Shown: one piece after another, positions 38,143 to 48,024 of the stretch | Position numbering within the stretch: position 1 is the stretch's first letter | Layout of the letters: each line of letters begins with the position of its first letter | Assembly (NCBI GenBank): GCA_029261165.1 | Contig: JAJDBV010000001.1 | Location: 62,569-126,568, forward strand | Direction of reading: 5' to 3' | Origin: Nitrospirota bacterium | GTDB lineage: Bacteria > Nitrospirota > Nitrospiria > SBBL01 > JAADHI01 | DNA: 64,000 nucleotides | The notes under the pieces: generated by a model | What the model was told of the DNA's origin: nothing | What the model saw: only the letters and a program-made list of their open reading frames with translations | Databases searched by the model: none | Translations under genes and position numbers: made by a program

Positions 38143-39399
38143 GTGAATAAACAGCTTAAAAAAAGGTATGCAGCGGATCTCCGTTTTCGGATCTATGGCA
38201 TGTCAGCGGTTGCGATGAGCCTTCTTTTCTTGTTGCTTTTGTTTGTCAGTATTATCGGAAAAGGGTATACCGCCTTTCAGCAGACGGCGCTTTTATTGGA
38301 TGTTTATATTGACTCTGAAACGATCGATCCGGAAGGGACACGGGACAGAGCGGTTTTGTCCTCAGCAGATTTCGGCGCCGTGATCAAACAGGCCATGCAG
38401 AAGATCTTCCCGGAAGTCTCGGATCGCCGTGATAAACGCGCCTTGTATCGCCTGGTCAGCTCTGGTGCGGAGTTTAAGCTGCGCGATCAGGTCTTGGCCC
38501 ATCCTGAACAGATCGGGAAAACCCTGCCAATCTGGGTCCCGGCGGATGGCGACGTCGATATGTTGATGAAAGGATCTATTGCCCGTGATGCGTCGGAGAC
38601 GGATCGTCCCCTGAAAGATAAGCAGATTGCATGGATCGACCACCTCATCAGCGAGGGGCGTCTGAAGAAGCAATGGAATACCACCTTTTTCAGCGCGGGT
38701 GATTCCCGCGACCCTGAATTGGCCGGGATTGGGGGCGCGCTCGCCGGTTCCCTTTTGACGCTGTTTGTCACCCTGCTTTTATCCTTTCCGATCGGTGTCG
38801 CCGCAGCGGTCTATCTGGAACGGTTTGCGCCGCGGAATCGATGGACCGACCTGATCGAAGTAAATATCAACAATCTCGCCGCGGTGCCGTCGATTGTCTT
38901 CGGTCTGTTGGGTCTAGCCGTTTTTATTAATCTCTTTGGTCTTCCAAGATCGGCCCCAATCGTTGGGGGCTTGGTTCTGTCGCTGATGACCCTCCCGACG
39001 ATTATTATCGCAGGCCGCGCCTCCTTGAAGTCTGTCCCTCCGTCGATTTATGAAGCGGCCTTAGCCATCGGCGCCTCGCAGATGCAGGCGGTGATGCATC
39101 ACGTGCTCCCGATGGCAATGCCGGGAATAATGACCGGAACGATTATCGGCATGGCGCGGGCCTTGGGAGAAACCGCCCCCTTGTTGATGATCGGCATGGT
39201 CGCGTTTATCGTCGATATTCCGGGAGGGATATTCGACTCGAGTACGGTGCTTCCGGTTCAAATTTTTCTTTGGGCCGACAGTCCTGAACGTGGGTTTATG
39301 GAACGGACCGCGGCGGCAATCATGGTGCTGCTCCTCTTTTTGATCGTGATGAATGCGACTGCGGTCATCCTGCGTAAACGTTTCGAGGGGCATCGATGA
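38143..39399 (+). CDS. pstA: Phosphate ABC transporter permease PstA (long form)
   Basis: 418 aa, GTG start. EAA-loop [18 protein letters not shown], with a large periplasmic insert after TM1. Confidence 0.9.
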   Translation: MNKQLKKRYAADLRFRIYGMSAVAMSLLFLLLLFVSIIGKGYTAFQQTALLLDVYIDSETIDPEGTRDRAVLSSADFGAVIKQAMQKIFPEVSDRRDKRALYRLVSSGAEFKLRDQVLAHPEQIGKTLPIWVPADGDVDMLMKGSIARDASETDRPLKDKQIAWIDHLISEGRLKKQWNTTFFSAGDSRDPELAGIGGALAGSLLTLFVTLLLSFPIGVAAAVYLERFAPRNRWTDLIEVNINNLAAVPSIVFGLLGLAVFINLFGLPRSAPIVGGLVLSLMTLPTIIIAGRASLKSVPPSIYEAALAIGASQMQAVMHHVLPMAMPGIMTGTIIGMARALGETAPLLMIGMVAFIVDIPGGIFDSSTVLPVQIFLWADSPERGFMERTAAAIMVLLLFLIVMNATAVILRKRFEGHR

Positions 39400-40313
39400 A
39401 AAAAGAGGAGCACATCATGGGAAAAATTGAACCTGCCATCCCCTTTCCCAATAGCCGCTTTGTTCATCAACAAACGCTTAAAAGAGGGCGTGCAATCCGG
39501 TCTGATCAGATCGCCGGGCAGGAGATTCAGGAAACGGTCGGTGAAATCAGGCTGGATGATCCACGCCTGAGCTGCCGGGATGTCAGTGTATTTTATGGTG
39601 ATAAACAGGCCCTTCGGGGGATCAACCTCGACATTGGACGTCATGAAGTTTTTGCGATGATCGGGCCTTCCGGCTGCGGCAAGTCGACCTTTTTAAGGTG
39701 CTTTAATCGGATGAATGACACGATCTCAAATTGCCGCGTCACCGGAACGATTATGATGGACGGCCGGGATATTAATCATAATGAGACCGACCCGGTTTCC
39801 TTGCGTGTTCGAGTGGGCATGGTCTTTCAAAAGCCGAACCCCTTTCCAAAATCGATCTGGGAGAATGTCGCCTTCGGACCCCGGATACACCACCTTGCAA
39901 AAACGAAGGAAGGCCTTCATGAAATCGTGGTCAAGAGTCTTCAGCAGGCCGGATTATGGGATGAAGTCAAAGATCGCTTGCACCAAGCTGGGCTAGGGCT
40001 TTCCGGGGGACAGCAGCAACGGCTCTGTATTGCACGGACCATTGCGATTCATCCTGAGGTGATCCTGATGGACGAGCCCTGCTCTGCGCTCGATCCGATT
40101 GCAACAGGAAAAATTGAAGAGCTGATCAATACATTACGGAAGGATTACACCATCTGTATCGTCACGCATTCGATGCAGCAGGCATCGCGTATTTCAGACC
40201 GTACGGCCTATTTCCATCTCGGCAATCTTGTCGAGGTAGGGGAAACCAAAAAAATATTCATCAATCCGCTACATCCTTTAACGGAAGATTACATTACAGG
40301 CCGTTTAGGCTAA
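39396..40313 (+). CDS. pstB: Phosphate ABC transporter ATP-binding protein PstB
   Basis: Walker [10 protein letters not shown], signature LSGGQQQRL, Walker B ILMDEP, and FNRMND, which is typical of PstB. ATGA overlap with pstA. N-terminal extension of about 50 aa. Confidence 0.9.
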   Translation: MKKEEHIMGKIEPAIPFPNSRFVHQQTLKRGRAIRSDQIAGQEIQETVGEIRLDDPRLSCRDVSVFYGDKQALRGINLDIGRHEVFAMIGPSGCGKSTFLRCFNRMNDTISNCRVTGTIMMDGRDINHNETDPVSLRVRVGMVFQKPNPFPKSIWENVAFGPRIHHLAKTKEGLHEIVVKSLQQAGLWDEVKDRLHQAGLGLSGGQQQRLCIARTIAIHPEVILMDEPCSALDPIATGKIEELINTLRKDYTICIVTHSMQQASRISDRTAYFHLGNLVEVGETKKIFINPLHPLTEDYITGRLG

Positions 40314-40325
40314 AGGGAGTGCTCC

Positions 40326-41024
40326 TTATTGGGAAGCTTGCCCTTCATAGAACCGATAGCCAATCCCTCTGACCGTTTCAATCAGTTTTCCCATCTTTCC
40401 CAGCTTTTGTCTGAGGTTGCGGATGTGGGTATCGACTGTTCGAGTGGTTACATCCGCTTCGATATCCCAAACATCATCCAGGAGCATTTCTCTGGGTTGT
40501 ACTCTCCCTTCTCGTTGCACGAGCGTCAGAAGCAGGTTGAACTCCATAAGTGTCAGTGTGACCTCTTGATCAGAAACAGTGACGCGATGGCGGGGAATAT
40601 CGATCTTAAGTTGACCAAATTCAAGGATATCCTTGCCACCATCATCATCCATGCCGCGTTTTAATATCGCCTTGACTCTCAAGACCAGTTCCCGAGTGCT
40701 GAAAGGTTTCACGACATAGTCATCTGCGCCCAACTCAAACCCGACAATTCTGTCGATCTCTTCCCCCTTAGCGGTTAACATGATGACCGGAAGATGAGAG
40801 CGCCTATGGTCCCGTTTGATTTCTTTGCAGATCTGAAGCCCATCCATTCCCGGGAGCATAATATCCAAAATAATCAAATCGATGACCTCCTGAGAGAGCT
40901 TTTCCAGCCCTTCTTCGCCGCTTGTGGCGGCGACACAATGGAATCCAGATTTTTCCAAGTTATATTTGACCAGCTTTGAGAGGTGCTTATCATCTTCAAT
41001 AATCAAGATCTTATTTTTAGACAT
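40326..41024 (-). CDS. phoB: Phosphate regulon response regulator PhoB (OmpR family)
   Basis: Starts MSKNKILIIEDD at 41024 (GGAGAAACA upstream). Receiver domain with DLIILDIMLPGMDG, and a winged-helix C-terminus ending GIGYRF. Confidence 0.85.
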   Translation of the reverse strand: MSKNKILIIEDDKHLSKLVKYNLEKSGFHCVAATSGEEGLEKLSQEVIDLIILDIMLPGMDGLQICKEIKRDHRRSHLPVIMLTAKGEEIDRIVGFELGADDYVVKPFSTRELVLRVKAILKRGMDDDGGKDILEFGQLKIDIPRHRVTVSDQEVTLTLMEFNLLLTLVQREGRVQPREMLLDDVWDIEADVTTRTVDTHIRNLRQKLGKMGKLIETVRGIGYRFYEGQASQ

Positions 41025-41104
41025 TGTTTCTCCTTGCCAGGCTCTACTGCGGGTCATAATATCGAGGGCTTATCGTGGCGTATTACAGAGATTCTGTCAA
41101 CCGG

Positions 41105-41143
41105 TTCACAAGAATTTAACTTTCCCTTCACAAAACCATAACT
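41105..41143 (+). promoter_or_regulatory. Pho-box array upstream of psiE (shared divergent region with phoB)
   Basis: TTCACA (41105), TTAACT (41116), TTCACA (41127), ATAACT (41138) at exact 11-bp spacing. A TATATT -10-like element follows. The psiE ATG is at 41186. Confidence 0.6.
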
Positions 41144-41185
41144 TCATTGGTTTATATTTCCCATTATCACAAAGAGGAGAAAAAC

Positions 41186-41629
41186 ATGGAGGATCCCATT
41201 CAAGATGTATCGGTCATCAGCACGGCCGACCTTTCCCGATTATTTTCACAGGCGCTTCGCATCTTATTGTTTGCGCTGATCGGAATTATCCTGATCGCGA
41301 TCGGCGGCGGAGTCATCAAAACCTTTCTTGGCCTACAGCATCTGCTCTCGGAACAACTCGACGTGGCGTTGCGGCGGTTTCTGGTTGATGTTCTGATCAT
41401 CCTGGCACTCGTGGAGGTCTTCAATGCCTCGCTGACTTATTTCGCAGAAGGGCGGGTTAAGGTCACTTTTATCGTCGATACCGTCCTGGTGGTTATGCTG
41501 AGTGAAATGATTGCGCTTTGGTTCAGCGGGGGAGAGTTAACGCGCTTTATAGTCATTACCCTTTGTTTGGTCACCCTCGGTCTCATCCGGATCATCGCAG
41601 TACGGTTCTCCCCCGATTTAATAAAATAA
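41186..41629 (+). CDS. psiE: PsiE-like phosphate-starvation-inducible membrane protein
   Basis: 147 aa from ATG 41186 (AGAGGAGA upstream). Four TM helices with the LVEVF...YFAEGRVKV...VD layout of the PsiE family. Pho-box array upstream. Confidence 0.6.
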   Translation: MEDPIQDVSVISTADLSRLFSQALRILLFALIGIILIAIGGGVIKTFLGLQHLLSEQLDVALRRFLVDVLIILALVEVFNASLTYFAEGRVKVTFIVDTVLVVMLSEMIALWFSGGELTRFIVITLCLVTLGLIRIIAVRFSPDLIK

Positions 41630-41745
41630 ACGGAAGTGAGGCCACCGATCTTGCGCTAAGAGTTCCGGCAGGTCTGCCATAATCCAAACCCCGACAGAGG
41701 GGACGACTCGATATGACACATTTACACACATAAGGAGGAAGAGAA

Positions 41746-42777
41746 ATGTTCCATCTCGGATTGAAAAGAGCGATCATTTGCAAGGACATTGGTAGTGCAA
41801 AGCTCGACATAGAAAAGGTTGCTTGTTACCGCCCCAGATCGGGTGATGCGGCGATCTTCGAGGTCGCATCGATTGGGAGACATAAACGACTCCAGATCGA
41901 CAGCGGACGAAACGCAACCCTCTTTCCGGGAGACCAGATCATGGCCGCATTCGGCAACCGCTACGCCACCAACCAGTTCAAAGGGGTGATCCCGGAAGAA
42001 CCCTCGCGCGAATTCCATATCTTGGGGCAGGGCGGGGTGATTGGCATGGTTCGCTCGGCGCACGCCGGGATGCCGAAACCGACGGTTGTCCGCATGATCG
42101 GGTACGCGGTCGATGAACAAGGGGAGGTTTTGAATACCCGCACCCATAAAAGTCTTGACGCGTTCAGTGGGAATGTCCCCTCTAAGGCCCGTGTGATCCT
42201 CTCTGTCGGCGCATCAATGGACAGCGGAAAAACGACGACCGCCGGACATCTCATCCGAAGCCTTAAAAAGGCGGGCAAATGGGTTGTCTATATTAAACTC
42301 ACTGGAACGGTTTATACCAAAGACATACATTTTTGCCTTGACTGCGGCGCTGATCTTACGATCGATTTTTCGGCGCTTGGATTCCCCTCAACCTATCTCT
42401 GCGAACAGGAAGAACTGCTCGCCCTTTATCAAACCCTGCTGAATCGTGCAGCGGAGATTGACCCCGACTACATTGTGGTGGAAATCGCCGACGGGATCTA
42501 CCAGCGGGAGACAAAACTGCTCTTAAACAGCCGGAGGTTCATGTCAACGGTCTACGCTGTTTTATTCTCCTGCGGCGACAGCCTCAGCGCAGTCAACGGG
42601 GTGCAATACCTGACTTCCATCAGCGCCCAGCCGGCCGCCCTCTGCGGGACTTTTACCATCAGTCCGATGCTCATTGAGGAGGTCGAGTCGCTCTGCGATC
42701 TCCGAATCGCGACGCTCAAGGATATTCTTCAGCCGGAATTTGTGGCTTATATCGAATCGCTGGGGTGCCTGATATGA
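41746..42777 (+). CDS. SIMIBI-type P-loop protein, distantly DUF1611-like
   Basis: 343 aa. VILSVGASMDSGKTTTAGHL (P-loop), IKLTGT, TIDFSALGF and DYIVVEIADG follow the order of DUF1611/BioD-like motifs (GTDxxxGKxTT, TGQTG, EGQG) but are divergent. Confidence 0.4.
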   Translation: MFHLGLKRAIICKDIGSAKLDIEKVACYRPRSGDAAIFEVASIGRHKRLQIDSGRNATLFPGDQIMAAFGNRYATNQFKGVIPEEPSREFHILGQGGVIGMVRSAHAGMPKPTVVRMIGYAVDEQGEVLNTRTHKSLDAFSGNVPSKARVILSVGASMDSGKTTTAGHLIRSLKKAGKWVVYIKLTGTVYTKDIHFCLDCGADLTIDFSALGFPSTYLCEQEELLALYQTLLNRAAEIDPDYIVVEIADGIYQRETKLLLNSRRFMSTVYAVLFSCGDSLSAVNGVQYLTSISAQPAALCGTFTISPMLIEEVESLCDLRIATLKDILQPEFVAYIESLGCLI

Positions 42778-43445
42778 ATGTACTGCAGCAAAATCATACC
42801 CAGCGGACGAACCATCCAGCAGAGGGAACCACCAACGAGGTGATCGCCTCCCTCTCTTCCGGGGAGGTTTTTACCAACCTGTTCATAGAAAAGGAACTCA
42901 AAAAACTCCCCTGGCGCCTGCTCCGTCTGATCGACCTCGCCGACCAACTAGTTCGGCAGGGGAGTCGTTACCGTCAATACAGGCGTGACCGCTCCCTCTC
43001 TATAAAAAATCTGGCGCGTCCGAAACGCCGTCTCTCCTGTTCGGAGTTCATCTGGTACCTTCTCTCCCTGGCCGGGTTGAGCATGGGCGACTGCCCCGTC
43101 AGCAGCAAAAGGATGGCCTTTCGGCGAATGGTTTACCCGGAAGTGCTGGAGAAGATACGCGATGCGGACATTCAGATCGGCGACATCATGGTCTATGCGC
43201 ACCCCCGCGAAGAACTGAAGCGTCAAAGGGAATTGTTTGGAAAAAGCCAGGTCGGGCATGTGGTCATGGTGGTCTCAACGCATCCCAAAATTGTGGTCGG
43301 TTCCCACGGCCTGGAATCGACGCCGGAAGGAGAGCCGACCGGTACGGGATACCGCCTCTTGCTTCGCGGGTGGCATCAATGGACAAAGGCGCGGCCGCTT
43401 CAGGCCGTTTACCGCATCCGCTCAATAGAGGGGGGGAAACAATGA
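42765..43445 (+). CDS. NlpC/P60-like (papain-fold) cysteine peptidase/amidase-like protein
   Basis: 226 aa. Candidate catalytic Cys in CSEFIWYLLSLAG and His in GHVVMVV, with GDIMVY between them. No signal peptide. Overlaps both neighbours. Confidence 0.45.
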   Translation: MPDMNVLQQNHTQRTNHPAEGTTNEVIASLSSGEVFTNLFIEKELKKLPWRLLRLIDLADQLVRQGSRYRQYRRDRSLSIKNLARPKRRLSCSEFIWYLLSLAGLSMGDCPVSSKRMAFRRMVYPEVLEKIRDADIQIGDIMVYAHPREELKRQRELFGKSQVGHVVMVVSTHPKIVVGSHGLESTPEGEPTGTGYRLLLRGWHQWTKARPLQAVYRIRSIEGGKQ

Positions 43446-45247
43446 AAGACTTCATCCTAAGAAAATCGATACATCTTCGGAAAATTATCCTGACACATCT
43501 TTGGGACATGAAGGGTCAGCTCTTTATCGCAGGTTCCTGTGTACTCGGCTTTACGCTCATGGAACTCCTCACGCCCTGGCCGCTCAAGATGCTTTTCGAC
43601 CATGTTTTGTCTGATAAGCCGCTTCCGCCGATCATCTCCGCCCTGGAACCCTTCTTTGGCAACCAAAAAGAGAGGGTCCTCATTTTCATCGCATTGAGCG
43701 TTTTTTTGATTGCGCTTCTCCGCAGTGTTTTTTCTTACTTCCGGCTTTATCTGACCACCCGGATCGGCCACCATCTGGTTTATGCCATTCGGAGTGCACT
43801 TTTTAAACATCTTCAACGTGTTCCGCTCGCTTTTCATCACCGCACCCGTTCCGGAGAACTGATGACGAAGGTGACCGGAGACACCGCTGTTTTGCGGAGT
43901 GTCTTCAGCGATTCGGTTCTTGTGACATGCTCACATCTACTCACCGTCGTCGGGATGTTTATCATTATGCTGAGGATGAACTGGAAACTCAGCCTCGTCA
44001 TCCTGGTGACGATTCCGATGATCTCGTGGGCGCTCTCGCATCTCAACACCAAAATTATGGTCTCAGCCCGGAATCGGCGAAAAGCAGAGGGACGGATCGC
44101 TTCCCGCTTAAACGAGATGCTCGCTTCCGTCCCGATGATTCGGGCGTTCGGCAGGGAAAAATATGAAGAGAGCCGGTTTGAATCCGAGAGTCTCCAAACG
44201 CTTGAAGAGTCCCTCCAGACGGGGCGGGTCGGCGCCGCAGCGACCCGAACCGTCGAAGTCATCAGTGCTTTCGGCCTTGCAATAGTGGTTTTCTTCGGCG
44301 CAAAACAGGTGCTTGAAAATGAGATTACGCCGGGCCAGATCATCGTTTTTATCTCCTATTTGTCAAGCCTTCACAAACCGCTTCGCGCGCTTGCCCGCCA
44401 GTTGGCGCGTTTTTCAAGCGCGGCCGCCAGCGCTGAACGGATTGAAGCGCTACTGTGTGAGATGCCTGAAACCCCGGACCCTCCCGACGCCATCGTTATC
44501 GTCCCTGCTTCGCTACAGGGGGCCATCGCCTTTGAGGCGGTCTCTTTTGGCTACGGCCAGTCCATGCCGGTGCTGAAGCAGGCCTCCTTTTCCATTGCTT
44601 CCGGAAAACGCGTGGTGCTGGTCGGCGAATCGGGCACAGGCAAGTCCACCCTCATCAATCTGATTTTAAGGCTGCATGAGCCGGATCAGGGGAGGATTTT
44701 GATTGATGGTCTGGATATCAGGAGATACCGCCGGGAATCGCTTCGAAACCACATCGGCATCGTACTTCAGGATGCCATGCTTTTCGGCGCGACGATTCGT
44801 GAAAACATCATCTATGGAAAACCGGAAGCGACTGCCGGAGAGATCGAAACATCTGCCCGGCTGGCGCATGCCGCGCCGTTCATTCAGGCCTTTCCGAAGG
44901 GGTATGAGACGGAAATCGGTGAAGGCGGCGCGACCCTTTCAGGCGGCCAGCGGCAGCGGATCGCACTGGCGAGGGCGCTGATCAAGCGTCCGCCGATCCT
45001 GATCCTCGATGAACCCACCTCCGCCGTCGATGCCGAATCAGCCAAGATGATCTGGCGCGCCGTTGCAGCCCTCGACTGGGGGCCGACGCTCATCGTCATC
45101 ACCCACCAGTTTTCCCCTTTTATGGCCTTTGATCAGGTTTTTACTTTGGAAAACGGCGAGATCATTGTGCAGGGACGGGATCATGCCCTGCTTGCCAGGG
45201 AAGACCACGATAATCGCCTCCATGCATTACAACCTGACCTCCGGTGA
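43442..45247 (+). CDS. ABC exporter, fused permease/ATPase (MsbA/ABCB-like)
   Basis: 601 aa from ATG 43442 (ATGA overlap with the upstream gene). Six-TM domain, Walker A GESGTGKST, signature LSGGQRQRIALARAL, Walker B ILILDEPTS. Confidence 0.85.
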   Translation: MKDFILRKSIHLRKIILTHLWDMKGQLFIAGSCVLGFTLMELLTPWPLKMLFDHVLSDKPLPPIISALEPFFGNQKERVLIFIALSVFLIALLRSVFSYFRLYLTTRIGHHLVYAIRSALFKHLQRVPLAFHHRTRSGELMTKVTGDTAVLRSVFSDSVLVTCSHLLTVVGMFIIMLRMNWKLSLVILVTIPMISWALSHLNTKIMVSARNRRKAEGRIASRLNEMLASVPMIRAFGREKYEESRFESESLQTLEESLQTGRVGAAATRTVEVISAFGLAIVVFFGAKQVLENEITPGQIIVFISYLSSLHKPLRALARQLARFSSAAASAERIEALLCEMPETPDPPDAIVIVPASLQGAIAFEAVSFGYGQSMPVLKQASFSIASGKRVVLVGESGTGKSTLINLILRLHEPDQGRILIDGLDIRRYRRESLRNHIGIVLQDAMLFGATIRENIIYGKPEATAGEIETSARLAHAAPFIQAFPKGYETEIGEGGATLSGGQRQRIALARALIKRPPILILDEPTSAVDAESAKMIWRAVAALDWGPTLIVITHQFSPFMAFDQVFTLENGEIIVQGRDHALLAREDHDNRLHALQPDLR

Positions 45248-45260
45248 TTTTTTTTCGCAC

Positions 45261-45299
45261 TTCACGCAAAGTTCACATTGCCTTGATCCTGTCTCAATA
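45261..45299 (+). promoter_or_regulatory. Pho-box-like array upstream of the 45346 gene
   Basis: TTCACG (45261), TTCACA (45272), TTGATC (45283), TCAATA (45294) at 11-bp spacing. The first two hexamers are strong and the last two are weak. Confidence 0.4.
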
Positions 45300-45345
45300 T
45301 GTGTCTGTTTTAATTAGCAGTATACATAAAACGAAAGGAGAAAAG

Positions 45346-45999
45346 ATGAAATTCCCAGCAAAAATAAAATCGGATACAGATTATTTCCAAAACAAAGAAA
45401 GGACACTCAAAACAAAAGAGACCGGGCTGGAAGAGGCGGTTTTAACCGTGCTCGATGCGGAACTCGCAATCTGGAGAAAATATGCCGGACGGCTTGGGTC
45501 GATCCAGACGTATTACAAGGGCTTGTCAACCCGGGGGATCGGGACGGAATGGCGGGAGCCGGAATCTTGTTATGTCGAAAACCTTCCGGAACCAGAACGT
45601 GGGTCGGTGATATCGGAAAATGCGGAAGCCTTGCTGACGATCTATGATCGACTTTCAGATCCTTTGGATCAGCTCCAATTTGTCGCCCTTCTCCTGTCTC
45701 ACCTCTCGGACAGGGCAAAGTATGCATCAGTCGGCTACCTCATTTTACTGGTCTTGTTTCGAATCGGTCGATTGCCGCAGGCGCTTGAGTGCGCCCTATC
45801 CGGTTTGAGCCGGGATAAGGCGTATGGTTTCAGCGACTTCCTACGGCTTTTGGATGGCCTGCTGCGGTTCGAGCATCATGCCTTTCGGGATGACTGGATC
45901 ACCGCAGTGAATTTATTTATTGATGCCATTGACGGTCATACATTCCGAATCTGGTATCGTGTCGCCGCTTTGAAGGGCTTTCGCCTCGCGAACGCATAA
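45346..45999 (+). CDS. Hypothetical soluble protein
   Basis: 217 aa from ATG 45346 (AAAGGAGAAAAG upstream). No recognisable motifs. Confidence 0.5.
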   Translation: MKFPAKIKSDTDYFQNKERTLKTKETGLEEAVLTVLDAELAIWRKYAGRLGSIQTYYKGLSTRGIGTEWREPESCYVENLPEPERGSVISENAEALLTIYDRLSDPLDQLQFVALLLSHLSDRAKYASVGYLILLVLFRIGRLPQALECALSGLSRDKAYGFSDFLRLLDGLLRFEHHAFRDDWITAVNLFIDAIDGHTFRIWYRVAALKGFRLANA

Positions 46000-46017
46000 C
46001 GCAAAACAGGAGAAAAA

Positions 46018-47031
46018 ATGAGCTTATTGACTTTAAGCGAGGAAAGGCAGAAAGAATCACTCGTTCACCCTTTGCCGACCCGTTGCGGGCTTGTCTTGGC
46101 GGCCGGTGATGGTAAACGTCTTCAGCCCTATATAAAGCAATTACGGGGAGATCATCTTCCAAAACAATATGTCAATTTTTTCGGGAGCCGTTCTATGCTG
46201 GAGCAGACCTGCCGCCGCGCAGAAAAGCTGATTCCTTCAGAGCGTCTCTTCACGGTCGTGGGGTCACACCATCTCTCACATATGGAGGTATGGTGTCAGC
46301 TCTCCGGCCGCCCTGAAGGAACAGTGGTCTTCCAACCGAAGAATCGAGAGACAGGGCCGGGACTCCTTCTCCCGCTGATGCACATCTCTAAACGTTACCC
46401 AGAGTCGATTGTATCGGTCTACCCAGCGGATCATTATATTCCTGATGAAACACGCTTCATGGATTATGTTGATCTGGCATATCGTATCGTCGAAGAAGAT
46501 CCTTCCAAATTGACCATGTTAGGGATAAAACCTCATCGTCCCGAACCGGGATACGGCTACATCATGCCCGGGCGAAAGATGAGGCATCTTACGCCTTCCG
46601 GCATCTACGAGGTGCTTCATTTTATCGAAAAACCCGATCTTCAGGCCGCACGGAGGCTCATCGACCACGGTGGACTCTGGAACACGATGGTCATGGTCTT
46701 TAAGACCAGGACGGTCCTTGAACTTATCCGAAGTATCATGCCTTCGCTTTATGCCGCCTTTGAAAAAATCGGAGAAGCAATCGGAACGCCATCCGAAGCT
46801 GAGGAGGTGGAGGCGCTCTACAATGATCTGGAGCCTGTGAATTTTTCAAAACATTTTCTTGAAAGGCTCTCCTGTCAGGAGTCATCACGAATAACTGTTC
46901 TGCAAGTAGAGGGTGTTTACTGGAATGACTGGGGCTCGGCAGAAAGGATTGAGAGTGATTCTATAAGGCACCAAGAACATCATCTCCTGGATCATGTTGA
47001 GAATAAGTCATCTGAATACGCCAACAAATAG
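46018..47031 (+). CDS. Sugar-phosphate nucleotidyltransferase (mannose-1-phosphate guanylyltransferase-like)
   Basis: 337 aa. N-terminal LVLAAGDGKRLQP nucleotide-binding motif, and YPADHYI and GYGYI motifs as in ManC/GMP-type NTP-transferases. Confidence 0.7.
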   Translation: MSLLTLSEERQKESLVHPLPTRCGLVLAAGDGKRLQPYIKQLRGDHLPKQYVNFFGSRSMLEQTCRRAEKLIPSERLFTVVGSHHLSHMEVWCQLSGRPEGTVVFQPKNRETGPGLLLPLMHISKRYPESIVSVYPADHYIPDETRFMDYVDLAYRIVEEDPSKLTMLGIKPHRPEPGYGYIMPGRKMRHLTPSGIYEVLHFIEKPDLQAARRLIDHGGLWNTMVMVFKTRTVLELIRSIMPSLYAAFEKIGEAIGTPSEAEEVEALYNDLEPVNFSKHFLERLSCQESSRITVLQVEGVYWNDWGSAERIESDSIRHQEHHLLDHVENKSSEYANK

Positions 47032-47262
47032 GAAAGTCAGAGGAGAGGGGATGGCAACACCGATCTGACATAAACATAGGATAAAGAGTCGTAAAAGAGT
47101 GCTGTTTGCTGGCACTCGCTAAGAAGCACTGAGCGGATTCAGGCGAAAAGAAACGATCACCTTAAACTCAGGTGGAGACCGTTGACCCAGGCAATTCAAA
47201 ATTTTTTATCTGTTGCTGAAACACGAAATCTCCTTTTACTTATGACAGTTATACATCGTATT

Positions 47263-48024
47263 TCAACATTTGCATAAGTGCCACCTTAGATAGTCTTTCG
47301 TTTGTTGCTGATATGGATTTGAAAAAACATTTTCACTCATCCCATGTTCAATAAGTTTCCCTTCACAAATAAAAACAACATCATCAGCGATTTTTTTTGC
47401 CTGATCCAATTTATGGGTCACGATAACAATCGTCAAATTTCCGCTTAATCGCCCGACCAGTTCTTCAATGGCACTTGTGGAGGTGGGGTCCAGTGAGGAG
47501 GTGGGCTCATCCATAAGTAATACCCTGGGTTCAACCGCCAATGCCCTGGCGATGGAAAGCCGCTGCTGTTGTCCCTGTGAGAGTTCCAGGGCGGAACGGT
47601 TTAGTTTGTCCTTTACCTCTTCCCATAAAGATACGGCCTTTAGCATTTCTTCTACAATCCGCGGAAATTCGTATTTCCTTCCGGAGCAGAGGTGTCTTAC
47701 CCCAAAGAGGACATTGTCATAAATAGACTTCGGAAAAATACAGGGTTTTTGGAAAACCATGCCCACGTTCTGGCGGAGGAGGGGAACTTTTGTGCCATTG
47801 TTATAGATATTTTCATCGTCAAAAAAGACTTCACCCCTGAGTCGAAAACATGGAATATGGTCATTCATCCGGTTCAGAGTGCGTAGCAGTGTACTTTTCC
47901 CGGCGCCTGATGGACCGATAATAGAGGTGACCTTTCCTTTATCAAAGTTCAGACTGACATTTTTCAAAACCGGTGACGTCCCATAATCGATGGAAACATC
48001 TTTCAAGGTAAAAAGGGGCTTCAT
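47263..48024 (-). CDS. pstB: Second PstB-type ABC ATPase
   Basis: 253 aa. GPSGAGKST, LNRMND, LSQGQQQRL, LLMDEPTS. Confidence 0.85.
   Translation of the reverse strand: MKPLFTLKDVSIDYGTSPVLKNVSLNFDKGKVTSIIGPSGAGKSTLLRTLNRMNDHIPCFRLRGEVFFDDENIYNNGTKVPLLRQNVGMVFQKPCIFPKSIYDNVLFGVRHLCSGRKYEFPRIVEEMLKAVSLWEEVKDKLNRSALELSQGQQQRLSIARALAVEPRVLLMDEPTSSLDPTSTSAIEELVGRLSGNLTIVIVTHKLDQAKKIADDVVFICEGKLIEHGMSENVFSNPYQQQTKDYLRWHLCKC

Noticed and set aside
41713-41729. Pho box upstream of the P-loop gene (ATGACA...TTTACA)
   Set aside because: Only two hexamers are present, spaced 8-9 bp rather than 11, and they overlap the RBS region. This is not comparable to the four phased arrays.
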